Under the pieces are notes generated by a model that saw only the letters and a list, made by a program, of their open reading frames with translations, did no database searches and was not told where the DNA came from. Positions 1 to 16,683 of a stretch of DNA of 64,000 bases are shown here, in pieces. The DNA is taken from positions 55,738,001 to 55,802,000 of the forward strand of contig OZ024747.1 in the NCBI GenBank assembly GCA_964016885.1, written 5' to 3'. This DNA comes from Eledone cirrhosa (Eukaryota). The position numbers and the translations under genes were made by a program. Every line of letters starts with the position of its first letter. Position 1 is the first letter of the stretch.

Positions 1-184
1 ATATACATACATATACATACATATACATACATATACATACATACATATACATACATATGGATACATACATATAGATACATACATACATACACATACATAC
101 ATATACATACATATACATACATATACATACATACATATACATACATATACATACATATATATACATACATATACATACATATAC

Positions 185-215
<31 letters not shown>

Positions 216-424
216 CAGACATATACATACATATACATACATACATATATATACATACATATACATATAGATACATACATATACATACATACATATACAT
301 ACATACATATATATATATACATATAGATACATATGTATAGATACATACATATAGATACATACATACATATACATACATGCATATACATACATATACATAC
401 ATACACAAAGATATACATACATGC

Positions 425-457
<33 letters not shown>

Positions 458-1704
458 CATACATATACATACATACATATATATACGTACATATACATAT
501 AGATACATACATACATATACATACATACATATACATACATATATATATATACATATAGATACATACGTATAGATACATACATATAGATACATACATACAT
601 ATACATACATATACATACATATACATACATATACCTAGATATACATACATACATATACACACATACATATATATATACATACATATACATACATACACAT
701 ACATACATATACATACATACATATACATACATACATATAGATACATACATATAGATACATACATACATATACATACATTCATATATATACATACATATAC
801 ATACATATACATACATATACATACATACATATACATACATATGGATACATACATATAGATACATACATACATACACATTCATACATATACATACATATAC
901 ATACATATACATACATACATATACATACATATACATACATATATATACATACATATACATACATATACATACATATACATACATACATATACATACATAT
1001 ACATACACACATATAGATACATACATACATATACATACATGCATATACATACATATACATACATACACAAAGATATACATACATACATATATATACATAC
1101 ATATACATACATATCGATACATTCATACATATAGATACATATATACATATACATACATTCATACATATACATACATACATATACATACATATACATATAT
1201 ATATATACATATAGATACATACGTATAGATACATACATATAGATACATACATACATATACATACATATACATACATATACATACATATACCTAGATATAC
1301 ATACATACATATACATACATACATATATATACATACATATACATACATACACATACATACATATACATACATACATATACATACATACATATAGATACAT
1401 ACATATAGATACATACATACATATACATACATTCATATATATACATACATATACATACATACATATACATACATATGGATACATACATATAGATACATAC
1501 ATACATACACATACATACATATACATACATATACATACATATACATACATACATATACATACGTATACATAAATATATATACATACATATACATACATAT
1601 ACATACATATACATACATACATATACATACATATACATACATATACATACATACATATACATACATGCATATACATACATATACATACATACACAAAGAT
1701 ATAC

Positions 1705-1745
<41 letters not shown>

Positions 1746-1750
1746 CATAC

Positions 1751-1783
<33 letters not shown>

Positions 1784-2056
1784 CATATATATACATACAT
1801 ATACATACATATACATACATATCGATACATTCATACATATAGATACATATATACATATACATACATTCATATATATACATACATATGCATACATATACAT
1901 ACATATACATAGATATACATACATACATATAGATACATACATATAGATACATACATATACATACATATACATAGATATACATACATACATATACATACAT
2001 ACATATAGATACATACATATACATACATATACATAGATATACATACATACATATAC

Positions 2057-2098
<42 letters not shown>
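1..2098. repeat. Compound (ATAC/ATATAC)n microsatellite with internal higher-order duplication, ending in (TA)n
   Basis: Continuous atacatac/atatac units; rarer marker words (atggatac, acacaaagat, atcgatacattc) recur at several-hundred-bp spacing. Confidence 0.95.
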
Positions 2099-2100
<2 letters not shown>

Positions 2101-2169
2101 ATGGAGTGGGTATGTGCAGATCTCAGATTGCTGAACCTCACGGAGGAGATGACAAAGGACTGTGACAAG

Positions 2170-2370
2170 TAGTGAGATGCCGTGCTGAGTAGGACCCATC
2201 CCACGTTCGCAAGCAGGGAAAACAGGACGCAAAATGATGACGATGATGATGATATATGTATATATATGTCTGTGTGTGTATGTATATCATCATCATCGTC
2301 ATCATTTTACATCTTCTTTTCCTTGATAGCAAACGTGTGATGGGTCCTATTTAGCACAGCATCTCACTAT
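2170..2370. mobile_element. Inverted pair of short RTE/SINE-type 3' tail fragments
   Basis: 2170-2252 (tagtgagatgccgtgctgagtaggacccatcccacgttcgcaagcagggaaaacaggacgcaaaatgatga) is mirrored, with divergence, by 2287-2370 (catcatcgtcatcattttac...gggtcctatttagcacagcatctcacta). Confidence 0.7.
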
Positions 2371-2668
2371 CTATGTATGTATGTATGTATGTATGTATGT
2401 GTGTATGTATGTATGTATATATATATGTATGTATATGTATGTATGTAAGTATGTATGTATATGTATGTATGTATATGTATGTATCTATATGTATGTATGT
2501 ATATATATATATGTATCTCTATGTTTGTATATATATGTTTGTATGTATATGTATGTATATATATGTTTGTATGTATTGTGTATGTATGTATATATATGTA
2601 TATATATATGTATGTATAAATATGTATATATATATATATCTATATATACATATATATATATACATATC

Positions 2669-2720
<52 letters not shown>

Positions 2721-2744
2721 TGTTTGTAGTTATGTGTATATACG

Positions 2745-2813
<69 letters not shown>
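2371..2813. repeat. (TATG)n/(TA)n microsatellite
   Basis: Direct reading. Confidence 0.95.
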
Positions 2814-2817
<4 letters not shown>

Positions 2818-2922
2818 ATGTATGACCCCGACGGCAGAGCTCAATCCGACGGCTATTTCTGGACTAAATTGTCCAGAAATAACCTTCAAAACGGCTTGAA
2901 ATCTGCCGTCGGGGTCATACTT

Positions 2923-2955
<33 letters not shown>

Positions 2956-3045
2956 CTTTTTCCTATTTCCCACTCTACTACCCTAAGTATTGAGTACTCT
3001 GCTGCGTTATGGTCCATCTGGTTGCTTACCACAATTCCTTTGTTA
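2814..3045 (+). mobile_element. Palindrome-plus-tail element, copy 1 (split by a (TA)n tract)
   Basis: Palindrome 2814-2926 (gaaaatgtatgaccccgacggcaga...tctgccgtcggggtcatactttttc) plus tail cactctactaccctaagtattgagtactct...ttcctttgtta shared with copies at 6171, 16684 and 63212. Confidence 0.85.
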
Positions 3046-3138
<93 letters not shown>

Positions 3139-5427
3139 ATATATTATGAAATACTGTTGGCTTCATGCTCACAATAATTTCTATACTTTCATTTATATAT
3201 ATATGTATATATATCTTCAATTGTTGAAAGTTGGTTGATTGAAAATTTGCCAACTTATTCTTACAGAGGTAAATATCTCTACGGTTTTTATTCATTCGGA
3301 GTTTTATCATAGCGATAAACAAAACAGATTCATTTTAACATCCCTATTTATTTTGTTATACGTATTTCAAAGACATCAGGCAGTTGTATAACAACTGCCC
3401 AACGTGTTCTTTTCTGACAAATATCCAAACGAGATGTAAAGATCCATTGAGATATGTTACCGGTCATACGTGTTATTTGCTTCACCAACCAGTAAGAATA
3501 CATCCAAAATTCTCAAGTAGCAGTACTTATATGTGTTGGAGATAGTTGTGCCCATTGGCATTGTTGATTGTAAACTGGTTAGGGTATCAAGTTACCATAT
3601 TGGTTTCTTGATTTATAGTAAGGCATACAGGAACTATTAGACTATCTTAATAAATGTTTATACTAGATTTTATTCACTTAGATACTAATTCTAATTTTAG
3701 ACATTTACATGTTGATGCTGATGTTATAATGTATCTATATATTAATGAAGGTTTAATTAATTAAAGGTCAAGAGTGTAGAGAATGAGAATAGAGAGAAAT
3801 GAAAGGAAAAAGAGAGCATAATATGAAATGTGTTGTGGTATTTCTTCTGACTCCTCTCTAAGCTCTGATTTCAAATTCTGTCTCCGTCAAATTTGCCTTT
3901 CCTCCATTCCAGATTGATAAATAAAGTACAAGCTCAGCCATTCTCTTTCAAGCCTTTGCCTTATAAGTTCAATTGCAATATTGCTGGTGCCAAGCTTCCC
4001 CTGTTCTTGCCTTTCCTTTGGACAATATTAATGCCACAAAATGGAGAGATTTATGAATGACAGACAAAAATACAACACTTCCAAAAGCCTTTCATTTTTG
4101 CTAGGAAAAACTGTTTCAAAATGGGTACTGCTTCATAAACACTATATAGACTGGGTCATAATATTTATATTGCTGAATGCGCAGAAACTTAGAGGGCCAC
4201 TGGGACTAATGGCCCATAAATTCTTTTGCTATAATGAGGTGAGATTTTAAAGTGTTAGAGATAACACTTTAAGGCTCAAAATACCTGAAATCTTAGAGTC
4301 TATCTATGGGTTAATACAGCCCTGAATATAGAGTGATAGTTGGTAATATCAAAATGATTAAAATTATTCAAGGTTTACAACAAAATGTTTCTATAAATTG
4401 AGAATAGATGCATATAAAAAACAAAGAGTAAAATGTTTTGAAGGGATTGCGATTATCTTAAGAGCACACTGAGCACCCTCTTTAAAGACAATAATAAAAT
4501 TGCCACCAGAAATGGTGGCCTGTTTGGGTTTAGGTGATTAATATGTGAAACTTCAGTATAAACTTCTATATATTTATGAGCATTGTTCCTGGTTTCAACT
4601 TACCTATTCTTGAAAGAAAACCCTTAAGCATCTTAGTAAGTGGTGTCTGAAATATTAATCAAGATTACCTTTATAAAGAAATAGGCTTTGTAAGAGTTGA
4701 AAGGCTCTATTTAAAATGTCTTTGTATTTTCAGAATGACCTTCTCCTAGATAATATATAAGTGGCAAATAAAACCCTTTTATATATAAAGCAACATTAAA
4801 CTTACTGCTGTAATGGAAGTAGGCAACTTTGTATAGTTTTGAAGAATATCAAGGAAAAATATTGTGTCTTGAAAATGTTATTAACATTGTCAATTATTTG
4901 AAAAATATAATCATTACTACTTTTTTAATATTCGCTTTTCCATGCTGGCATGGTTTAGCTAAAACTTTGGGGAGCCAGTATTCTATACCATGTTGCCCCA
5001 CCTGATGCTGACCCCTTACCTGTTTTTATGTTGGAGTTGAAAAAGAAAGTTTTTATACCACTGATGTTCACCTGAGAAACCTCTGAGCTCGTGTAGCATG
5101 TTGCTTATGCAGAACATAAACAAACACACTGGCTGCATAAACAATGTCAATATGACTATACAATAGGAAAGAAACTCGCTCTCACCTTCTCGCATGCATG
5201 CACACATATGCATACATATTTACAATGGGTTTCTGCATGGTTTTTCAGTCAACTGAATTTCATACATGTCATTGGTCAGTCTATTGTTATAGAAGATACT
5301 TTTCCAAGGTACCATTAAATGTAATCAAAGCCAAAATCAAGAGTTTGCAAAGCAAACTACTTAGCCACGCAAACATCTATGTTGCATCACTATCATCACA
5401 ATATTAATCACAGTTTCTATATAAAGC

Positions 5428-5585
5428 CGCAAATTAGCAGAGTCGTTAGAACATCAGATAGAAAGCTTTGCAGTATTCATTTCAGCTTTTTACTCTCGGA
5501 GTTCAAATCCTACCGAGAGCAACTTTGCCCTTTATCCATTCGAGATTGATATAAAAGTACCAGTTTAATATTAGGGTCGATTCTT
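5428..5585 (+). mobile_element. Decayed tRNA-derived SINE (family A)
   Basis: B-box gagttcaaatcc followed by actttgccctttatccattcgagattgat...gtaccag core. Confidence 0.65.
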
Positions 5586-6078
5586 CCACTATATCTCTTT
5601 CTCACTTCCATTCTTTCACTCTCTATCCTACTCTGGAAGAAAGGAGATAGGGTCTGCCAGGTTTTAAAATACCCTAGAACCACCATATGTCAATATGGTG
5701 TCTCTATGACACCCTCAAGTATTACAGAAAAATACTGCAAAGTATTTTTTTCTAACACCCAAATGTTTCTACCAACTCACCACTGATACTATAAACATTA
5801 ATACCAGTATAAAAAGGTGACGTTCTCACCTGAAATGCTTCTGGTTATAGGCCTCTTTTGTCTGGATTGATCTAGAGTTAAACACCAACAACAATAACAA
5901 CGATCAATGTTTGTGTCCTGTTCCAAACGTACATAGATAGAATGATTTATAGACAGAAAGACAGATATGCACATAGATAAAGGAACATCTATCAGTGTTT
6001 GTGTCTAGTTTTAATTGTATCTGTTGGCAAATTTGATATCTAAATCTGTCTATCTATATAATATACATATATAAATAT

Positions 6079-6170
<92 letters not shown>

Positions 6171-6173
<3 letters not shown>

Positions 6174-6362
6174 AAAAAGTATGACCCCGACGGCAGAGCT
6201 CAAGCTGTTTCGACGGCTATTTCTGGACTCAGAAATAGTTGTCGAAACGGCTTGAGCTCTTCTGTCGGGGTCATACTTTTTCCTATTTCTCACTCTACTA
6301 CCCTAAGTATTGAGTACTCTGGTGCGTTATGGTCCATCTGGTTCCTTACCACAATTCCTTTG

Positions 6363-6365
<3 letters not shown>
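6171..6365 (+). mobile_element. Palindrome-plus-tail element, copy 2
   Basis: aggaaaaagtatgaccccgacggcagagctcaagc...gcttgagctcttctgtcggggtcatactttttcct (6171-6284) plus about 80 bp tail; (TA)n on both sides. Confidence 0.9.
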
Positions 6366-6402
<37 letters not shown>

Positions 6403-6421
6403 ACATACATAAATACATACA

Positions 6422-6458
<37 letters not shown>

Positions 6459-6906
6459 GAGACAGAAAATATAGATAAATAGAAATATATAGAAATAGAA
6501 ATATATAGAAATAGAAATATATTATAGATAGGTAAATAGATACATATATAGATAAATAGATAGATAGATAGACAGATAGAGAGACAGACAGGTAACTAGA
6601 CATACACAAGCAGAGAGAGATACAGAAATATGTCTAGCACAGCTGTATTTCATTCCAAAATATGTGGAGACATGCTGAGTGATGTCAACAAAATCATCAA
6701 GCTTGGCTTTTTTAATGTATTGTTTGGCAAGGAACCAGAATTGCAGTTTATTTTAGCACTTCTAGAACTGTTTGTATTTAATCTATATATTGGTTAACTG
6801 TCTTTCATTGTTGGATATACATACACTCACACACCCATATATATATATATATATATAGAAAGAGAGAGATATAAATTTACATATATATAGAGATATATAA
6901 ATTTAC

Positions 6907-6961
<55 letters not shown>

Positions 6962-7019
6962 TATATAGAAAGAGTGAGATAGAGAAGAGAGAAATGGTAT
7001 GTGTCTGTAATATATATTT

Positions 7020-7061
<42 letters not shown>

Positions 7062-7306
7062 AAGAGTGAGAGAGAGAGAGAGAGTGAGAGAGAGAGGTGA
7101 GTAAGAGATGGTATGCGTGTGTGTCTGTTGTAATGGTGGTAGTGGTTGTATTAGTGGTTCTGGTTGTGGTGTTTGAATTATCGATGAAGATGATGGTTAT
7201 GAAGTGGAGAAGTATTTTGTTACTGTAGTGCTATGCTGTAATTTGACGGATATTTAGCTGCTATTTTTAACAATTCCATACACACTATAGTGTAATTTGC
7301 TGGATA

Positions 7307-7454
7307 TACAAGTTTTGGCTGAAAAGTTCATAGACTGACTATGACGGAATTGTGCTAAATCTGTGAAATTTCGCATGCATTAATTTCAACTCTTCTTTTG
7401 TGATTCCATGAGAGCATCTTTATCAGCCTATGAACTTTGCAACTGACCCTTATA
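7307..7454. mobile_element. Mariner/Tc1-type MITE
   Basis: Imperfect TIRs tacaagttttggctgaaaagttcatagactga / tcagcctatgaactttgcaactgacccttata, TA at both ends. Confidence 0.6.
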
Positions 7455-8028
7455 CAGCTCCCATTTCTAGCAGATTGATCAAACTCATAAAGGCTCTAAT
7501 GTAATTTGACTAAACCAGGTGATATTTCTCTCTCTCTATCTCTGTTGTGGGATTTTGTTGTTTGTAATGATTGAGATATATATCATTGTATTTTTGAAGT
7601 GGTTATGATTGAGAGTCTAATTGCAATTATTTTTGGTATTCTGTAAAGTTATTTAAACAGAGGAGAAAGACTGCTTACCATCTACACAACATGCACTTTT
7701 CAAAGCACAATTTCTCTCATAGTTGCATAATACATTTTTGTACTACCATTTGACCATGTCTGCAATAGAGTCAATAGTGTAGATCACTATATTCTCCATG
7801 TTCATAGAGAGTGTAATTTGAACTCAGGATGTAAAGAGCTAAAAGAAGTACAACTAAGTATCTTGTCCAGCTCTCTAACAATTTTACCAATCCAGAATCC
7901 GTGAAGGGTGACTTACTGACCTTGAAATGATAAAAGGTAAAGTTGATCTGCAGCAGAGAGCTAGAAAATTATTGCATTTAATCCTATGTTCTATCAACTC
8001 TGCCAATTCACTGCCTTCAGATTACTTG

Positions 8029-8215
8029 TCATCATCATCGTTTAACGTCCGTGTTCCACGCCTGCATGGGTTTGGACGGGAGTTTTCCCACTTGAGGCAA
8101 GAGTGGTTGTCTTGCTCGCATAGAACTGTCTGGCGTGTTTTCTACTGCTGGATGCTCTTCCTAACACCAACCACATTTACAGTGTTGGACTGGGAGGTTT
8201 TTACTGTGTTGCCTA
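8029..8215 (-). mobile_element. RTE LINE 3' UTR fragment
   Basis: Matches 17483-17680 (tttaacgtccgtgttccacg...cctaacaccaaccacatttacagtg) including the (CAT)n tail. Confidence 0.85.
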
Positions 8216-8563
8216 TATGTTTATTACTATAAATGTGCTCAATGGAAGGAATATGATTATGCATACATAATATTTATATAGGGTTCAAAACTGTGCCACT
8301 TATGTTTAACTGATAAATTTTATATCATAATCCAACCTACAAATAATGAACAGGAAAATAGAACTAATCTTACTGACACAGTAAAGCATGTTTACTATCT
8401 TTTTCAAAGCAATATAAAAAGTACCAGTTATATCATACATCACACAACATGATACTATATTGCATTTTGCTTCACTATAATGTTAGATGAGGGTTGCTGG
8501 CCCCAAATTTATAAATGTTATCTTGAGACCATGGTGTGATATTAAAAACAAGAATTAAATACA

Positions 8564-8853
8564 ACTTTGCCTTTCATCCTTACGGGGTCAATAAAATAAA
8601 GTACCAGTAATGTACTGGGTAATTGCTGGCCTTGTGTCAAAAGTAGAAACAATTATTATCTTTGGATTGGCAGTATCGGTAGAGGGTCTGACACCATTCT
8701 TTGCAGCAAAGAGTTATGGCCCTTTATGGTCTGAGTTCAAATCCCGCTGAGGTTAACTTTGCCTTTCATCCTTACGGGCGTCGATAAAATAAAGTACCAG
8801 TAATACACTGGGGTAATTGCTGACCATGTGCCAAAAGTAGAAACAATTATTAT
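8564..8853 (+). mobile_element. Tandem tRNA-derived SINEs (family A): a 3' half followed by a full copy
   Basis: A-box tggcagtatcgg, B-box gagttcaaatcc, core gcctttcatccttacggggtcgataaaataaagtaccag, tail gtagaaacaattatt. Confidence 0.9.
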
Positions 8854-9057
8854 GTTCATCAATTTTACAGCCACTCCTCCATGTTGGTATAAGGTTAGCA
8901 AGCCTTTTTGGGACTTGTGCCTGATACCATCCCTTTAAGTTGCCTCTTAGAATACAGTGTCTATTTTAAAGACCAGTACATATAGCAATATATCTATCTA
9001 TACATCGTTCCATGTAGCTATCCAGCCACCCACCTATCACCCTCTCTCTCACCATCA

Positions 9058-9058
9058 A

Positions 9059-9090
<32 letters not shown>

Positions 9091-9136
9091 CATATATATA
9101 TGTGTATATATATATATGTATATATATATGTATATG

Positions 9137-9225
<89 letters not shown>

Positions 9226-9269
9226 GTATATATATATATGTATATATATATATACATATATGTATATAT

Positions 9270-9316
<47 letters not shown>

Positions 9317-9339
9317 CATATATATATACATATATATAC

Positions 9340-9370
<31 letters not shown>

Positions 9371-9450
9371 GAGAGATATAAATATATATATACATATACA
9401 TATATATATATATATGAGAGAGAGAGGCGGAGAGAGAGAGAGAGAGAGCG
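9058..9450. repeat. (TA)n/(GA)n microsatellite
   Basis: Direct reading. Confidence 0.95.
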
Positions 9451-9764
9451 AGACATAGAGCAGGGAGTGCGGTGATAGGTAGATAGATAGATTAATTTCA
9501 TCTTTTGATAACCATAGCAAGCAATAAAGATAAATGGATATTATTTAAGGTCTTCACAGCGAAATTAAAGAAACTTCTAGAGTGGCCTCGTCTGAAAGAC
9601 GAACCCTACCAACAAAAGAATATTTTCCACAATCAATACTTCAGCTCTGCAAGTCAAAAAGTCAACATGGAATTCAATTTCCTAACTAATAACTTGGAAT
9701 TATATACAAACCTCTCTTTATATCTTTTTGCTTAATATGTTTTGTTATGTGTGTGTATTTTACA

Positions 9765-10990
<1,226 letters not shown>

Positions 10991-11429
10991 TCAGTTGTGC
11001 TGTTGGTTGTGTTGGTGGTTGTGTTTATCTTGGAGTGCAGGTGGTGGTAGTGGTGGTAGTGGTGGTAGGGGTGTTGGTGTGAGATACAATGGTGGTTGAG
11101 GAAGTCAATGCTGGTGATGCTTTAGTTCTGCTAACTTCAGGTATTGTAGTGGTAGTAACAGTGTTAATTGGAGTGGAGGTCATGGTAGTAATGGCAGTAA
11201 TGGTGGTAGTAGGCAGTTTAATTAATGTTGACAGTAGTGATTTTTTTTCTTGGCATTGGTTAATCTTTGAGGTGGTGATGGTCATGGCTGAGTTGATAAA
11301 TGTTTCTAACAAGTGATGGTCATTTCTAATGCCTCCTTTTCCTTTAACTTGTCTTCCTATTTCTTTTCCTCCTACCACTACTCATTCCCTCCTCCTCCCC
11401 TATCACCATTCTTTATTTAATGCTTATGA

Positions 11430-11996
11430 TATTGATGATGATCATCATCATTGTCTCATCATATAAGCTGTTTCATCATCATTGTCTTCATCATGAAACT
11501 CATCATCACTATCACCACCATTAACATCAACCTCATCTTCATCATTACCATCCCCCTCCTCTTCCACCTCATCCTCATCATCATCATCATCATCATTACC
11601 ATCATCATCATCACCATCATTGTCATCATTATACCCACCACCACTGCGACCACAATCCCCCCCATCATCATCACCATCACGGTCATCATCATTATACACA
11701 TCATCACCACCATCATGACCATCATCATCATCAACCTCACTATCAACACCAACATCATCATCATCACCATCACTGCCACCACCACCACCACCACCACCAC
11801 CACCACCATCAGCATCATCATCATCATCATCAACCTCACTATCTCCACCACCACCATCACCATCATCATCATCAACCTCACTATCACCACCACCGCCACC
11901 ACCATCATCATCAACCTCACTATCACCACCACCGCCACATCATCATCACCATCACTATCACCACCACCACCACCCTCATCATCATCACCATCACTG

Positions 11997-12039
<43 letters not shown>

Positions 12040-12290
12040 CCTCACTATCTCCACCACCACCATCATCATCATCACCATCACTGCCACCACCACCACTATC
12101 ATCATCATCATCATCATCACCAACCTCACTATCACCACCACCGCCACCACCATCACCATCAACCTCACTATGACCACCACCGCCACCACCATCATCATCA
12201 ACCTCACTATCACCACCACCGCCACCACCATCACCATCACCATCACTATCACCACCACCACCACCACCATCATCATCATTCCCAACATTA
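11430..12290. repeat. (CAT)n/(CAC)n low-complexity array with caacctcactat subunit
   Basis: Direct reading. Confidence 0.9.
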
Positions 12291-12644
12291 ATATCACCTA
12301 AACTTCTCCTTACATCGTTCTTTACTCATTATATTTTCTCTAACTGCCCCCTCATCTCACTTTCTCCTTTCACCCAGCCTCCAATATTTTCTTTCTTTCT
12401 CTCCTATCCAATTCCTTTTTCTGCCCTTTATTACTTTCTTGTATTCTTTCTACTTTCAACCTTCTGACCCCTCCGCCTCCCCCACACTTCCTTTTTTTGT
12501 TCCTTCCTTTGTTCCTTCTTTCTTTTCTGCAGTCTTTCCATTGACCCACCTAACTCCTTACCTTTTCTTATAATTTTTCCATTTCTTTTTTCTTTTCTTT
12601 TACTGCAATCCTTTTATTCATTGCTTACTGCCATTTCTATGACA

Positions 12645-13310
12645 CAACCGACCACCCACAAGCACCACCAACGAACCAGCCAGCCCACCAACCAGTCACC
12701 ACCCCCACGACCACCAGCCAGTCACCACCCACAACCACCACCAACGAACCAGCCAGCCAACCAACCTGTCACCACCCCACGACCACTACAAACGAACCAG
12801 CCAACCATCACTACCACCACCATCACCACCAACAATGAACTAGTCACCAACACCACCACCAACAACCAACCAACCACCACTAGCACCACCACAACCACCA
12901 CCACCACCACCACCAATGAACCAGCGAACCACCACTACCACCACCACCACCACCAATGAACCAGCCAACCACCTCTACCACCACCACCACCACCACCAAC
13001 GAACCAGCCAACCACCTCTACCACCACCAATGAACCAGCCAACCACCACTACCACCACCACCACCACCACCACCAACGAACCAGCCAACCACCACTACCA
13101 CCACCACCACCACCACCACCAACGAACCAGCCAACCACCACTACCACCACCACCACCAAACCAGCAAACCACCACTACCACCACCAACGAACCAGCCAAC
13201 CACCACTACCACCACCAATGAACCAGCCAACCACCACTACCACCACCACCACTACCACCACTACCACCATCACCAACCAGCCAGTCACCACCACCACCAC
13301 TACCATCACT
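12645..13310. repeat. Minisatellite aacgaaccagccaaccaccactaccacc
   Basis: Recurrent 27-42 bp units of variable (CAC)n length. Confidence 0.9.
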
Positions 13311-13834
13311 TCTCCATCTCCCCTACATAAGAATTGTTTGTGCTAATTTTAAGAATTAATAATGCCGAACCATTTTTCTATATACTGGTCATTGTTCAAT
13401 AACTTGGTCAAATTTCTTTTAGCTGGGAAATTCTTTGATTTTTTTTGTCAATAGGCAAGAACGAGTCTATAGAAATGGCACTGGTCATTTTGCTGGAAGA
13501 AGGAAATGAATTTTAAAAAGACAGAACTCTCTAACCCCTGCTACCCACCACCCCTGCCATCAACAAAATAGTCATAACAACAACAACAACAACAATAATG
13601 AGAATGTTACTGGTGATTGTGATAAGAATAAAATTAATATTAATACATATAAACAAGAAATCTAAAAAGAAATCTAGAACACTAGAACAATAATAATAAT
13701 AATAATAATAATGATTTCATTTATTGGCCACAAGGGCCAACATATAGGGGACAATACAAAAGACTGGGACAGTGGGGTTTTACAGAATAATCCTAATGTA
13801 AATGGTAATAAGAGAATTGAAGTGTGCGTGCACA

Positions 13835-13855
13835 CATATATATACATATATACAT

Positions 13856-13940
<85 letters not shown>

Positions 13941-13990
13941 TATATTTATATATATATATATAAATATATATATATATTTATATATTTATA

Positions 13991-14035
<45 letters not shown>

Positions 14036-14130
14036 ATAAATATATATATATTTATATATATTTATATATATTTATATATAAATATATATATATATGTGTA
14101 TATATATATATATTTATATATATATATGAA
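13835..14130. repeat. (TA)n microsatellite
   Basis: Direct reading. Confidence 0.95.
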
Positions 14131-16009
14131 TAAATAAATAATCATATGAATAAGTTAAATAAATATATAAATGTATGGAAAAGGAACCCAAAAACGAAAA
14201 GAAAACTGAAAAAAAATATAAAAACATTCATTTGTAAAAGCCATTTCAATTTCCTCACCTGCCGCCATCCCTGTGTCAATTCTGATAACAAGGCAAATGA
14301 CAAAACAGTTAATTACATTTAATACTTAATTTCTATGAACAGTATTGATTGGATTATTGATTAACCCTGCAGCACACCACCACATCATACCCCACCACCA
14401 CATCCAACCCCAAATTACTGGAAGAAATAAACCCTTGGTGTACTTATTTTACAGGGCTTTTTTTATACTGCTTATTTGTTTACATCTAGGGAGTGCGTCT
14501 TTTAATAATGAAACTATTGGTTATATTGTGTCTCCTTCTCTGTGACTTGTAAGTGGGCCTTAGCTGTTGGAATCTCTTGTCAAATAATTATATTTCAATT
14601 CATTAACCCTTTTGATACAACAATGCCTGGAGCTCCAGGTTTTATAATACAAAACTGTTTATTTTAAAGTGTTTATATTTACTTAAAAATTTCATCAGAA
14701 TTTTTTCTAAGAACTTTTAATTTATTTTCGAAACACCAGATAAATAATGGGAAAATGAGTTATTTTACTAAATCTCTCCAAATACTCTATTTTCAAAAGA
14801 GTGTCTTTCATTAGAAATATGTCTAAAGAAAGGTTAAAGTGTTTATATTTTCCTATAAACATTCCATTATGATTTTTGTAAGGTTATTTTCCAAGCATAA
14901 ATAACAGGAAAAGTATTTCATTAAATCCATCCAAATTCTTTATTTTCAAAAGTATTTCAGAATCATAGGTAATATTCTTTTATTAGAAATACGATAAGAA
15001 AAGGGTTTAAAATATTAGGGTATCACTTGAGTTATGGTTCAACTCAAAAGAAAGCTGGTTATGAGTTGCTCAATTACTAAGAAAATGTAAAGCATGCTTT
15101 GGGCAAAATATTTTATCAATGTTATCATTGTCATACTCATTGTCGGTTTCATCATTTTCACAGACATTTAAGTAGTATTTGTTTGAGGTCAAATTTCTCT
15201 TTCCCTATCTCAGGGTAAATAAAATAAATTACCATCCAGAGCAGAGGGTTAGGAGGATTGTGAGAGGATTTAACAAGATACCTTGCTGTAATTATTATCT
15301 CAGGTCAATAAAATAAACTACTATCCAGAGGAGAGGATTATCAGATTTGTTAGGAAATTGGATGAGATACCTTGCTGTAATTTTTCCAGGATTTTTAGTT
15401 CTGAGTTGAAATCATGTCATGGACTATTTCAGACAGGGCGTATACATAATCTGTCAGCCAGTATAACACCAATAATTGGTTCTTGAATGACTTTTGCAGA
15501 GTTGATGAAGGTCAAGCCTGCAGTTAAAGGATACTTTTATTCATCACTCCTACTAGACTCAGAATCTCAGTAAAGGGCCATGGGCCTGCCAATCTCTTGC
15601 ATACTAAATAGTAAAAATTAAATTCTTATAAACAAGCCACACCTTAGATAATGTAGCCCTAGATATATTTACCTGAAAAGCATGTGTAGGTAAATGATAA
15701 AGTGGTTAGGGTTTTCAATGTATTAATTATAAGACCATGATTTTTTATTTATGGCAACACATTGTGTTCTTAAGCAAGACACTTTATTTTATATTGCTTA
15801 AGTACACTCAGCTGGAGAAAAGGTGCTGTACCTGTACTTTAATTGGTCAGCCTGGTTACACAGAGTATCATGCTGAATTTCCATAAGAACTACGTTAAGG
15901 GTACACATGTCTAGAGAATGCTCAATTGTGTATACATTAATTTCATGGGCAGCTGTTCTGTTGATTGTATCATCTAGACTACTGACTGATATCGACACAG
16001 GTCCAGCAA

Positions 16010-16260
16010 ACACACACACACACATACACACTCATGCACACACACACACATTCACGCACTCATACACATACACTCACACTCATGCACACTCATGCATACA
16101 AACACACATTTGCACACTCATACACATACACACATACACACACACTCACATGCGCATGCACACACACACACACACACCACACTCATGCACACAAACACAC
16201 ACACACACACACACTCATGCACAGAAACACGCACGCACGTACACTCATAGATGTACACAA
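16010..16260. repeat. (CA)n-rich microsatellite
   Basis: Direct reading. Confidence 0.9.
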
Positions 16261-16574
16261 ACAAGAAAGGTGAGTGACAGATGACCTGAGGTCAAACTGC
16301 AGCAACAACATGATTCTGTGAATATTACTAAACCAAGGGTCTATACCCAAGAATTACATGTATTGATTCATTGCTAATATTTCTTGATCTATGAATAGGA
16401 CGAACACTTTCCATTAAGTGTAAGGAATCAGTTACAGCTTTTTTAGAGTAGTTACACACTTCACACCCATAGACAAAAATGAGTGGAGGAAACTTGAGCT
16501 CTTGGAGTGGAAACTACTTCTTTTTAATGTGACAGCTTCATATAAATATCCATGTACAAATGTGTGTATGTATG

Positions 16575-16639
<65 letters not shown>

Positions 16640-16683
16640 ATGTGTGTGGGTGTGGGTGTGGGTATGTATATATATATATATAT

